A DNA stretch of 64,000 nucleotides from Candidatus Hodarchaeota archaeon (GTDB lineage: Archaea > Asgardarchaeota > Lokiarchaeia > Sigyniarchaeales > SOKP01). Of the stretch, positions 55,424 through 64,000 are shown piece by piece. The notes beneath the pieces were generated by a model that was not told the DNA's origin, ran no database searches, and was given only the letters and a program-made list of their open reading frames with translations. Location: positions 46,420-110,419 of the forward strand of contig JBHLJY010000003.1 of the NCBI GenBank assembly GCA_048887225.1, given 5' to 3'. Position 1 is the first letter of the stretch. Each line of letters opens with the position of its first letter. The translations under genes were made by a program, and so were the position numbers.

Positions 55424-56701
55424 ATGGAAAAAATAGAAAAATTACCTCGAAAAGTAAAGAGAACTGCCATCCTAGTAGGAATCTTATTCGCTGGAGCGAC
55501 TATATTCGGTTATTTCGAAGCCACTTTCTTCAATACTTACTTAGATCATCAATTAAATTTACCATATTATTACATCTCCATAATGGTATCGTTATCAGCC
55601 ACAATGGGATTAATAATGATGGTCGTTTGGGGAATAAAAAGTGACAATACGAGATCGAAATTTGGTAGACGAAGTCCATACCTTCTATTGGGTTTTATAG
55701 CAGGATTTGCAATGATAGCTTTCGCTTTTGCTGAAGATTTTCTAATGTGTATAATTTTAGATGTGATTATTATTGGAATTGCGTCTAATGCATATTATGT
55801 AGCTCAAAGATCGTTTATTCCAGATTTAGTCGAATCTGAACATCGAGGGCGAGCTAATGGAATTACTAATGCTATAGGAAATCTCGGATTATTAATTGCG
55901 ATTGGTTTAACTTTAGTCGCAAATGAATTATTTACGGTTAAAAGAGGCACTGGAAACATTTTAACTCGCGAAGGTCATTTATTTTTGTTCATTATGGGGG
56001 GTGGGGCAATTATACTATGTAGTATGATTGGTTTTATATTCATAAAAGAATTACCTCAATCGGAGTTGCCTCCAAAAAAAGCATTTATGCTTGAACTAAA
56101 AGAAATCTTTGATATTGAAGAATTCAGAAAACAAAACCAATTTTTTAGAATTGTTTTAGCAGAAACAATTTTTAGAGCACATATCTATGTAGTATTACCA
56201 TTTTTGTTTAGCTATTTATTCTCTTTAGCATTGACTACATTTGAGTTTATTTTAATCATTGCGGTGTCTACTCCGGTTATTGTTGTAGTAATGGTGATTT
56301 TAGGTAAAATGGCAGATAAATTTGGCCGAAAAACTTCATTAGCACCTGGAATCATTATTGCCAGTATAGGATTATTCATGATGCCATTTGCTATATTCTT
56401 TCCTCAATATAAGATAATAATCTTACTTCTTGCATTTCCCTTGGTTTTAATCGGGCTTTTAGGGCTTGAAGTACCTCTTAACGCTTGGTCCCAAGATCTT
56501 CTTCCAGAAGATAGAAGAGGTAAATTCTTGGGAATATTAAATGTAGTTAGAACAATATCACAAATTATAGGGGTAACCGTAGGAGGTATTGTTGCCACGA
56601 TTTACGGTCTTGAATGGGTTTTTATTTTCGCTCCAATATTTCTAATTGGATCTATCTTCTTTTTCAGAAGAGTAAAAGAAACACTAACATTTGAAGAATA
56701 A
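55424..56701 (+). CDS. GPH-family (glycoside-pentoside-hexuronide) cation symporter
   Basis: 12-TM ORF with the GPH signature 'SDNTRSKFGRRSPYLLLG'. It lies adjacent (convergent) to the beta-glucuronidase gene. Confidence 0.75.
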   Translation: MEKIEKLPRKVKRTAILVGILFAGATIFGYFEATFFNTYLDHQLNLPYYYISIMVSLSATMGLIMMVVWGIKSDNTRSKFGRRSPYLLLGFIAGFAMIAFAFAEDFLMCIILDVIIIGIASNAYYVAQRSFIPDLVESEHRGRANGITNAIGNLGLLIAIGLTLVANELFTVKRGTGNILTREGHLFLFIMGGGAIILCSMIGFIFIKELPQSELPPKKAFMLELKEIFDIEEFRKQNQFFRIVLAETIFRAHIYVVLPFLFSYLFSLALTTFEFILIIAVSTPVIVVVMVILGKMADKFGRKTSLAPGIIIASIGLFMMPFAIFFPQYKIIILLLAFPLVLIGLLGLEVPLNAWSQDLLPEDRRGKFLGILNVVRTISQIIGVTVGGIVATIYGLEWVFIFAPIFLIGSIFFFRRVKETLTFEE

Positions 56702-56749
56702 CAAATATGATATTTTATTATTTATGCCTTAATTATGATTTTTTCATCT

Positions 56750-58459
56750 CTAAGATTTTTTCCATAATTTACGAAGCACATGTGCTGCCATTTTTGGTCG
56801 GCGATCTCTTGTAAATACTCCTTTATAATTCAAACCTCCCGCCCTCAATATACCTTGTGCAGTTTTGAAATCACACAAGTTCCAGACATGTTGTCCTACA
56901 ACATAATCTTTAGTATTTAAAAGCTCAATATATCTCCTTATGAATTCCATTTGATACTCTTCGCTAAACATTTCTGGAGGTTGAGCATGACATCCTGGAA
57001 TGGTATCGGTTCCAAATTCAGATAAGATTATTGGTTTAGAGTATTTTTTATATAATTTGTCCAATTCTTCAGATAGTAATTCGATACCTTCTTCAATTCT
57101 TCCTGGTTGAGTATACCATCCATAATAACGATTTAAACAGATAATATCTAAGAATTTGAAAGTGTTTTCTCCTGTACCCATCATATTAGCTATAGTAACT
57201 GGTCGAGTTGCATCTTTTTTCTTCGCAATTTCATATAATTTACGGAAAAAATCTCTTGCTCTAATACTCCTATGGGGTTCATTAGCTAAACTCCACATTA
57301 TTACGCTTGGATGATTTTTATCTCTTTCGATTAATTTTTGAATATATTGCTGGCATAATTCGAAATGACGATCAATAATTTTGAGATCAAATGTGAGCCC
57401 TACTGCTGGTGTTTCATCAATAACTAAAAAGCCTAGACGGTCAGCTAAGTCCATCATCTGTTCTGAATAAGGATAATGAGATGTGCGAAAGGAATTGGCA
57501 CCTATCCAACTTAATAAGGCGAAATCTTTAATCAAAATCACTGGAAAATAACCCTTTCCAATTATCGGAAAATCTTCATGACGTCCAAATCCAGTCAATT
57601 TTATTGGTTTTCCATTTAGGAGTAATTGATTACCTTTAACTTCAATTGTTCGAATTCCTATTGATAAAGAGTACGAATCAAAAATAATGCCATCATGAGA
57701 GAGCTCTACAATCATATCGTATAAGTTTGGGGATTCTGGAGACCATAGTGCTGCATTATCCACTGATAAAGTGGTTTTTGCTAATTCTCCAGTAAGCGGA
57801 ACTTCAGAAATAATATTTGCACTATGTCCGCTCAATTTAATCAATACATTTTCTCCATAGTTGCCAGTTCTCTGAATTTTAATATTAATATATCCATTAG
57901 TACCTTCAATGGTAGTTATAACTGTCAGATCTTTAATCCCCTCTTTAGGCATTGTATAAATTAACACTGGGCGATGTATTCCACAGAAAGGAAAAAAATC
58001 AAAATTTGTATTAGGATAATTTAAAGGTCTACCACTAGGAGGAACATGTTCTTTGGCTAAATTCCCATCCACTCGCACAATTAATCGATTTTTTTCTGTT
58101 TTTATTAAAGATGTAATATCATATTCGAAAGGCAAGTGGCCACCTTCGTGCTGACCAAGATTTTCACCATTTAACCAAACATTTGCCACGTAGTTGACAG
58201 AGCCAAATCTCAAAAATATACGATGATTTTCCCAACTCCACGGCAGATTAAAAAAAGTCTGGTACCATGCGGGACCTAAAAAATCACGATTACCAGCGAA
58301 TTGTTCGTTCCAACTAGCTGGTACTGCTATTGGGTGAGCATCATTAAGACCATTTTGCCAATTATTTATCAGACCTTCATCATTAAAATCAAAACGAAAA
58401 TCCCACAAACCAGATAAATCAATGCATTGGCGATATTTATTTATTTGAGGATAAAGCAT
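56750..58459 (-). CDS. uidA: GH2 beta-glucuronidase
   Basis: The N-terminus 'LSGLWDFRFD...AVPASWNEQFA...WYQ...RIFLRFGSVNYVANVWLNGENLGQHEGGHLPFEYDIT' is collinear with recalled E. coli GUS. 'NEP' and 'SEFG' catalytic Glu contexts are present. Confidence 0.85.
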   Translation of the reverse strand: MLYPQINKYRQCIDLSGLWDFRFDFNDEGLINNWQNGLNDAHPIAVPASWNEQFAGNRDFLGPAWYQTFFNLPWSWENHRIFLRFGSVNYVANVWLNGENLGQHEGGHLPFEYDITSLIKTEKNRLIVRVDGNLAKEHVPPSGRPLNYPNTNFDFFPFCGIHRPVLIYTMPKEGIKDLTVITTIEGTNGYINIKIQRTGNYGENVLIKLSGHSANIISEVPLTGELAKTTLSVDNAALWSPESPNLYDMIVELSHDGIIFDSYSLSIGIRTIEVKGNQLLLNGKPIKLTGFGRHEDFPIIGKGYFPVILIKDFALLSWIGANSFRTSHYPYSEQMMDLADRLGFLVIDETPAVGLTFDLKIIDRHFELCQQYIQKLIERDKNHPSVIMWSLANEPHRSIRARDFFRKLYEIAKKKDATRPVTIANMMGTGENTFKFLDIICLNRYYGWYTQPGRIEEGIELLSEELDKLYKKYSKPIILSEFGTDTIPGCHAQPPEMFSEEYQMEFIRRYIELLNTKDYVVGQHVWNLCDFKTAQGILRAGGLNYKGVFTRDRRPKMAAHVLRKLWKKS

Positions 58460-58538
58460 ATTATTAAATATTAATAAAAGTTTTTATGCTTTTTTAGAAT
58501 TTGAATAATTAAATAAAACGGCTTTAATCAGAGTTTAT

Positions 58539-59687
58539 ATGAATAGTAGAGAGAGAGTAAAAAAGGCGTTCCATTTCGATAAACCCGATAGAGTACCTAT
58601 GTCTCAAATGAACTTAAAAACAGATTTTTTTCCAGTCCATCAATATCATCCTAAATCTTGGCAACCACAAAATTATCCTCCTCACGTAAGAGGGGGTGTT
58701 GAAAAAATAACTAAAATAACTTATAGAAAATTCGTATATAATTGGAAAAATACAATGAGAAAAGAAGCAGGATATTCTAAGAAGTGGTGGAAAAATCCTC
58801 ATGAGAGTATTGATGAATGGAATACTATTTGGAAATCTTCAGGAACAGAAAGTGCTGATGTAACAAAAGGTCATCCCTTTAAAGGTTTTCTTCAAGATGA
58901 TTGGGATAAAATTAATGATTACAAAATCCCTGACGCATCAAATCCGGAGCGATATAGGATGATAAAAACAAAAATATGGAAATTATTAGGTAAGAATAGA
59001 TATACGGTTGGCGAAATGGGAGCTAATGGTCTATTCAATCAATGTAGTCAAATTAGGGGTTTTACTAATCTTCTTATTGACTTTGCTAGACATTCACAAG
59101 AAGTAGATCAATTAATCAATAAAATACTTCCTTTTTACCTGATTCAAATTGAAAAATTTAAAGGATATTATCCAACACTAGATTCAATTATTATCGCAGA
59201 TGATTTAGGAACTCAAAAATCGCCGTTCATCAGCCCAAGAATTTTTCAAAAATTTTTTAAAGAACCTTATAAAGAAATCATAGATTTAACTCATGAATTA
59301 GGAATGGATTTTATTCTACATTCTTGCGGCCAAATTTTCGAATTAATGCCAGATATAATTGATATTAATGTTGACGTGTTTGAATTTGACAGCCCCCATA
59401 TGACTGGAGTCGAAAATTTTAAAAAATTTGCAAAGGAACGAAAGGTGGCATTCTGGCTTTCATCAAATATTCAGAGTACATATCCTCTTGGAACACCTGA
59501 AGAAGTAGAAGAAGAAATAAAACATTACATTAAAGAAGTGGGTAATAATGAAGGAGGATTAGCTATTTATGAATATATGTCAAATAAGGTTTTAAGGACA
59601 CCAAAAGGAAATATTATATCACAAAGAGAAGCTACTCTTAAATGGGGTAATTACAATGAAAATGGTTTTATTGATTGGTTAGCTTAG
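58539..59687 (+). CDS. uroporphyrinogen-decarboxylase (URO-D) superfamily protein, MtaA-like/unknown substrate
   Basis: 'SRERVKKAFHFDKPDRVP' and 'IIADDLGTQKSPFISPRIFQKFFKEPYKEII...ILHSCGQI' fit URO-D family patterns. Confidence 0.6.
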   Translation: MNSRERVKKAFHFDKPDRVPMSQMNLKTDFFPVHQYHPKSWQPQNYPPHVRGGVEKITKITYRKFVYNWKNTMRKEAGYSKKWWKNPHESIDEWNTIWKSSGTESADVTKGHPFKGFLQDDWDKINDYKIPDASNPERYRMIKTKIWKLLGKNRYTVGEMGANGLFNQCSQIRGFTNLLIDFARHSQEVDQLINKILPFYLIQIEKFKGYYPTLDSIIIADDLGTQKSPFISPRIFQKFFKEPYKEIIDLTHELGMDFILHSCGQIFELMPDIIDINVDVFEFDSPHMTGVENFKKFAKERKVAFWLSSNIQSTYPLGTPEEVEEEIKHYIKEVGNNEGGLAIYEYMSNKVLRTPKGNIISQREATLKWGNYNENGFIDWLA

Positions 59688-59740
59688 AATCGTTATTCTA
59701 TCAAAACCTTAAGAAGTTAAATAATATTTTATTCCTTAAT

Positions 59741-60631
59741 ATGGCAAAAAAAATAGTTCTTTCCGCCAAAAAAGAACATGATGTTATTATAAATGTTATA
59801 AAGAAGCTAAAAGAAATCCAAAATATTGATTTAATTTTACATGATCCAACTGAAGATTTTCTTAACTTAGAAGATATGCATAATCAATTTGGAGATGCTG
59901 ATTTTATAATAGCAAAAGTCGCAAGCGATTGTTCTATTGATTTACTCCATTTTGCTAAACTTTACAAAATTCCTACATTGCATGATATTGACACAGTTCT
60001 AATGTGTAAAAATAGAGTTGCTCTTGACCATGTTTTAAGAAGAATTTTTAATAAATATTCGAAAGAGTTAGATAAATTTTTATTACCAAAATCTTGGACG
60101 CATTCCTTATTAAATATAAATAGATTTAAGGAATGGGCTTCTTCACGATTGCCAATAGTTATTAAAAGTCATTATCAACACGATAAATACAATCGATTTA
60201 ATTTCTTGGTTCGGGAAATAGAAGAAGTTAATAAATTTTGTAAATTATATTCAAATTTTTTATACTATGATGTATATATTCAAGAATTTGTGGAATGTGA
60301 TGGAATAGAGCTAAAAGTATATGTGGTTGGAGATAAAGTATTTGGAATTAAAAGAGAAAATCCAATTTACATTTTTTTAAGAGATAAACTCATTTCTATT
60401 GATGTTGAGACTATAGAAAGAGTCAAATTTAAAGTCCCAGATGATATGAAAAATTTAGCTAAAGTTCTTGCAAAAGAACTAAATTTAAAACTATTTGGGT
60501 TTGATTTAGTTAAACCTCTTAATCAAGAGGGATATTTTCTAATTGATTTAAACGATTTTCCTGGTTTTAGGGGTATTAACAATATTGATAAAGTAATAGC
60601 TGACTTTATTAAAAAATATTTAAATCGATGA
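59741..60631 (+). CDS. ATP-grasp kinase, ITPK1-like (second clear copy)
   Basis: 'FIIAKV', 'PIVIKSHYQHD', 'YIQEFVECDGIELKVYVVGDKVF' and 'LFGFDLVKPLNQEGYFLIDLNDFPGFRGI'. Start taken at the ATG at 59741 (M23 of the tracked ORF 59675..60631). Confidence 0.7.
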   Translation: MAKKIVLSAKKEHDVIINVIKKLKEIQNIDLILHDPTEDFLNLEDMHNQFGDADFIIAKVASDCSIDLLHFAKLYKIPTLHDIDTVLMCKNRVALDHVLRRIFNKYSKELDKFLLPKSWTHSLLNINRFKEWASSRLPIVIKSHYQHDKYNRFNFLVREIEEVNKFCKLYSNFLYYDVYIQEFVECDGIELKVYVVGDKVFGIKRENPIYIFLRDKLISIDVETIERVKFKVPDDMKNLAKVLAKELNLKLFGFDLVKPLNQEGYFLIDLNDFPGFRGINNIDKVIADFIKKYLNR

Positions 60632-60730
60632 GAAGCATAATCTATAAATTTTTATTCAAATTTATTGAGTAAATTCATATCAAATTTTTTTATATTTTTA
60701 AATAACTAAGTTCTATTATTAATAGTAAAA

Positions 60731-62236
60731 ATGTCTCAAAGTGAAGTTTTATTAGATTGGACTTCTCCCCTACAATCGCCTCCACTTTTTAATTACCTTC
60801 GACAAGAAATACCGATTGAAGATCTTCGTGATTATGCTAGTCCTAGAAGGATTAAATCGATAGATTTCGTAAAGGGCTTAGCAATAATTTTAATTATGAT
60901 GGCGCACATATCCGAAGCATGGTTAGATTCAGATTGGGTATATATTTACGCAATGATTTTTTGTATAATGGATGTCTTTGGTCCATCATTATTTATCTTC
61001 CTTTCAGCACTCAGCGTAGTTTTTAGTATAAAAAAAAAACAAGGAAAAGTCCACCCTAAAATTATTAGAAACCAAATTCTTTCGCGTGGAGCGTCAATCG
61101 CAGTAATTGGAATGATAATAAATCTAGCATGGTTAAATCAAGGACCTACAGATTATCGCCCAATATTTCCTCTAAGTTTATGGGGTTGGAATATTCTTAT
61201 GTTTTTAGGCTTTTCTCAAGTATTTTCATATTATGCATTAAAATTAACTAAAAAATGGCGGATCATTATCGGCTTAATAATTATCTTTATTTCTATGCCC
61301 CTTAGACAATTTCTTATATATTACAGAGAAGATTATTTAATGGTTTGGATATTACATTTCATTATAACTTCGCCTGCTCCTCAATTGCCGCTTTTTCCTT
61401 GGCTTTCAATATGTTTTTTATCTACAATATTCGGTGAATATCTGTACGAGGCAATGATTGAAGGAACTGAAGATGCTTATGTAGGACTCATTCGGATTTT
61501 TCTATTCTGGGGGGTAATATTTATAATTTTTGGAGTTATTGCTCCCTCTATAAATTTGGGATTACCCCCTAAAATATCTTGGGGATGGGAACTACAAACC
61601 ACCGAAACGATGAATATGAATGAATATCCCCATTTATACGTCTTGGGTATTATGAACCAGCAAAAATATTATAAATTTCATGGAATTCCTCTATTTTTAA
61701 TAAGGAGTACAACAGCAAATATGATTTATAATTTAGGCGCAGCTCTGTTAATCATTGGAATTTTCTTCTATATTATTGATTTAAAGAAGAAAGAAAATAA
61801 TTTTACCTCAATGTTAATATATTACGGAAAAGTGTCGTTAAGTCTATTTCTCATACATTTTATTTTTATTCTGATTTTCGTTAGTCAATTTAGTATAGTA
61901 GTATTTCCGTTTGTTATTCTCGCTTATGTGGGATTAATGGGCTTTTCTATGTATATATGGAATGAGTATGGTAATGGGGTAGGTTCTCCAGAATGGGTGA
62001 TGATACAAATCAGCAGAATCGGTCAAAAGACAGGAGAACAAGTCAAAAGAGAACTTAGAAAAACGGAGGATTTAATTAAAAACTTTACAAAAATGATAAT
62101 GCCTAAAAAGACTTTACAAAAGATGGAGGACTTTATAGCGGAGAGAAAAGAAAAGAGATTAGAAAAAATAAGGAAACAAGAATTAAGAAAAAAGAGAAAA
62201 AAGCTTGAAGATAGAGTTGGTCATATAGAAGATTAA
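60731..62236 (+). CDS. DUF1624/HGSNAT-like polytopic membrane (acyltransferase-like) protein with charged C-terminal tail
   Basis: 'RRIKSIDFVKGLAIILIMMAHI' is the family-typical N-terminal motif. About 10 TM helices. The tail is 'RKEKRLEKIRKQELRKKRKKLEDR'. Confidence 0.6.
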   Translation: MSQSEVLLDWTSPLQSPPLFNYLRQEIPIEDLRDYASPRRIKSIDFVKGLAIILIMMAHISEAWLDSDWVYIYAMIFCIMDVFGPSLFIFLSALSVVFSIKKKQGKVHPKIIRNQILSRGASIAVIGMIINLAWLNQGPTDYRPIFPLSLWGWNILMFLGFSQVFSYYALKLTKKWRIIIGLIIIFISMPLRQFLIYYREDYLMVWILHFIITSPAPQLPLFPWLSICFLSTIFGEYLYEAMIEGTEDAYVGLIRIFLFWGVIFIIFGVIAPSINLGLPPKISWGWELQTTETMNMNEYPHLYVLGIMNQQKYYKFHGIPLFLIRSTTANMIYNLGAALLIIGIFFYIIDLKKKENNFTSMLIYYGKVSLSLFLIHFIFILIFVSQFSIVVFPFVILAYVGLMGFSMYIWNEYGNGVGSPEWVMIQISRIGQKTGEQVKRELRKTEDLIKNFTKMIMPKKTLQKMEDFIAERKEKRLEKIRKQELRKKRKKLEDRVGHIED

Positions 62237-62287
62237 TTTCTTTTAACAATTCAAAATTCTTTTTATTTATCTTAAAATTCTTTAATT

Positions 62288-62767
62288 TTAACAAGAAAAT
62301 TTTTCTAAACCTTTCATTAAACATTCTGTAATTTCGTCCCGAGCAATTCTAAATCCTTCTATTCCTTTCATAGAGGGATCTGCAATATCACCGTATTCAC
62401 CTGCGAATTCTTTTATTGTAAAGACCTCTTTATTATCAACTTCTTCATATTTCAGTATTTCTTCTTTATGCTCCTTAGTAAGGGTTAATATTAAATCTGC
62501 CTTTTTAATTAATCCTTTATGTCTTTTTAAATCGAAAGACTTAGATTTATCAGATAAATTAATTCCAATTTCTTCCATTGCTAATTTAGCATCCATTGAA
62601 ATCAACATTCCGTCCCTTGCATTTGAAGCAATACCTCCTGAATTAACCTTAACCTCTAAATTATTTTTTAAGAAATAGTCTTTTAATAAACCCTCAGCCA
62701 TACAACTTCTCGCAGTATTAACACTACAGACAACTAAAATAGATTTGTATGGAAAATCATTAACCAT
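62288..62767 (-). CDS. low-molecular-weight protein-tyrosine phosphatase / ArsC-like
   Basis: P-loop 'VCSVNTARSCMAEG' (CX5R-S) with the Asp-containing region downstream. 159 aa. Confidence 0.8.
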   Translation of the reverse strand: MVNDFPYKSILVVCSVNTARSCMAEGLLKDYFLKNNLEVKVNSGGIASNARDGMLISMDAKLAMEEIGINLSDKSKSFDLKRHKGLIKKADLILTLTKEHKEEILKYEEVDNKEVFTIKEFAGEYGDIADPSMKGIEGFRIARDEITECLMKGLEKFSC

Positions 62768-62814
62768 GATTTAGAAAAAGATAACTATCATTAATTTTTT
62801 ATCTATGAAAATAA

Positions 62815-63492
62815 TTAGTTTTTGAAACTGTCTTTATTCGCAAATTTAATACTTTTATTAACCATATTTTCTAAGGAGTTTGAAATGTTTCCAGGAGGGA
62901 GATCAATTCCTTTTGTCAAATCAACTAAGAAATATACTTCAAATCCTAAATCAACACCATCTATGGCAGTAAAATAACAACAATAATCTAATGCTAATCC
63001 ACACACAAAAATCTTGTCAATTCCTAAAGATCTTAATTTATTAGCTAAGCCTGTTTCTGATTTCTTATCATTTTCGATGAATCCTGAATAACTGTCAATT
63101 TCAGGATTCATTCCTTTTTGGATAATTGCATCCGCCAAATTTTTTTTTAAATCCTTATGAAAGTCTGCACCTATAGAATCTTGTACACAATGGTCTGGCC
63201 ATAATATGGGGCCAATTCCCTCTGATTGAAATTCATCGCCCGCATTTTTATTTAGATGTTGACTTGCAAAAGACTTATGATTTTTCGGGTGCCAATCTTG
63301 AGTTAAAACCACTTTTCCATTTTTTTTTTTGAAAAAATCTGCAACTTTATTTATCCCATCTACTATTAGATCGCCTTCTTCTACAGGCAAAGCACCATTA
63401 GGCATAAAATCATTTTGCATATCAACTATGATTAGAGCATCTTTAATGTTAATCTCAATTTCTTTATCAATCTTTAAATCTTCAATATTCAT
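62815..63492 (-). CDS. pncA: isochorismatase-family hydrolase, nicotinamidase-like
   Basis: 'LIIVDMQNDFMP.GALPV', 'TQDWHPKNH', and 'FVCGLALDYC' (catalytic Cys). 225 aa. Confidence 0.75.
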   Translation of the reverse strand: MNIEDLKIDKEIEINIKDALIIVDMQNDFMPNGALPVEEGDLIVDGINKVADFFKKKNGKVVLTQDWHPKNHKSFASQHLNKNAGDEFQSEGIGPILWPDHCVQDSIGADFHKDLKKNLADAIIQKGMNPEIDSYSGFIENDKKSETGLANKLRSLGIDKIFVCGLALDYCCYFTAIDGVDLGFEVYFLVDLTKGIDLPPGNISNSLENMVNKSIKFANKDSFKN

Positions 63493-63585
63493 TTTTATCC
63501 TGAAATTTGCTTTTCTTAATTATTACAAAATATTTTTTTTAATAAATAAACCTAGTTCCTATGAAATGAAATAGAAAGACAATTT

Positions 63586-64000
63586 CTACACTTTCAATCT
63601 TTTATAAAGAGTGTATATACTAATTTCTATAGTCCAAGCGCCTAAAACGAAAAAAACGATCCATTCTACTATAGACCATCTTACTGCTATATAAAAAATA
63701 ATTAATCCAGCAGTGATAAATCCGAAATATGCATGCATCTTTGAAAATTTATTTTCTCTTAACATTATTAAACTAAAATAGATAAGTGATAAACATTCAC
63801 CTACAAAAAATATAACTGCTAACATAGCATGAATTACAATCATAACTAAATTTATTACTGGGAAAAAGGCTATTAATGATAAAGCTATACAACTCGTTAT
63901 AGATATTTTTACAGCTCGCTTTGTTAATTTCTTATTCTCGTTTTCTTGCTGTAAAATTCGTCCAAGAAAAATAACAAATGGTATAGCAAAAACACCTATC
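63586..64000 (-). CDS. integral membrane protein (5' end beyond window)
   Basis: The tracked ORF 63586..63843 stays open upstream to the window edge in the same frame (hand translation '...IPFVIFLGRILQQENENKKLTKRAVKISITSCIALSLIAFFPVINLVMIV...'). Several hydrophobic helices. Confidence 0.5.
   Translation of the reverse strand, partial: IGVFAIPFVIFLGRILQQENENKKLTKRAVKISITSCIALSLIAFFPVINLVMIVIHAMLAVIFFVGECLSLIYFSLIMLRENKFSKMHAYFGFITAGLIIFYIAVRWSIVEWIVFFVLGAWTIEISIYTLYKRLKV

Noticed and set aside
12163-63492. NAD-related genes (sirtuin 12163, nadA 20791, nicotinamidase 62815) as a functional cluster
   Set aside because: They are tens of kb apart with many unrelated genes in between. They are functionally related but not a genomic unit.
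45789-63574. Short ORFs 45789..45980, 46926..47117, 50541..50813, 54639..54863, 54911..55141, 56404..56598, 58614..58802, 62133..62324 and 63329..63574
   Set aside because: All are antisense or overlapping shadows of confidently assigned genes (PsmB, radical SAM, HAD, MIPS, GPH, URO-D, HGSNAT-like, nicotinamidase).
1-64000. Search for CRISPR arrays, rRNA, transposases/integrases, prophage or toxin-antitoxin cassettes
   Set aside because: No regularly spaced direct repeats, no large GC-rich structured-RNA islands other than the tRNA, and no ORFs with transposase/integrase/capsid-like motifs were seen. The only repeats are the 99-bp intragenic duplication and the paralogous gene pairs.

Overview
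AT-rich (about 30% GC by eye) archaeal chromosomal segment, densely coding on both strands: about 65 protein genes and one tRNA. I found no rRNA, CRISPR array, transposase or integrase. Archaeal hallmarks include the Sm-eL37e gene pair, proteasome beta subunit, tRNA-splicing endonuclease, SepCysS, a PIN/KH ATPase, a SepF-like protein, and a tRNA-Leu carrying two non-canonical introns. Several eukaryote-like components are also present: a ubiquitin-fold protein next to an E1-like enzyme, Roadblock/LC7, a longin-like small protein, a SIRT6/7-like sirtuin, ITPK1-like ATP-grasp proteins and an HGSNAT-like membrane protein. Together these suggest an Asgard (Loki-type) archaeon, but that is inference only. 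Most notable observations: (1) At 49.3-60.6 kb, a myo-inositol-1-phosphate synthase homologue sits among four ATP-grasp (ITPK1-like) paralogues and two tandem HAD phosphatases with polybasic tails. This is a candidate lipid-independent inositol-polyphosphate module. (2) At 15.9-17.1 kb, a true ubiquitin-family ORF (GG followed by a 3-residue tail, no canonical start codon) lies directly upstream of a compact E1-like gene. (3) At 39450-39594, tRNA-Leu(UAA) has roughly 30-nt introns in both the D-loop and the T-loop, and the endonuclease gene in the window lacks the expected catalytic His. (4) At 33.4-36.8 kb, a DUF35/thiolase-like/thiolase-like/DUF35 operon has no nucleophilic Cys in either thiolase-fold protein. 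(5) At 27.5-31.2 kb, a 2-hydroxyacyl-CoA-dehydratase pair has no ATPase activator but a LutB-like Fe-S protein downstream. All family calls come from motif recognition by eye and from memory of reference sequences. No searches were run.
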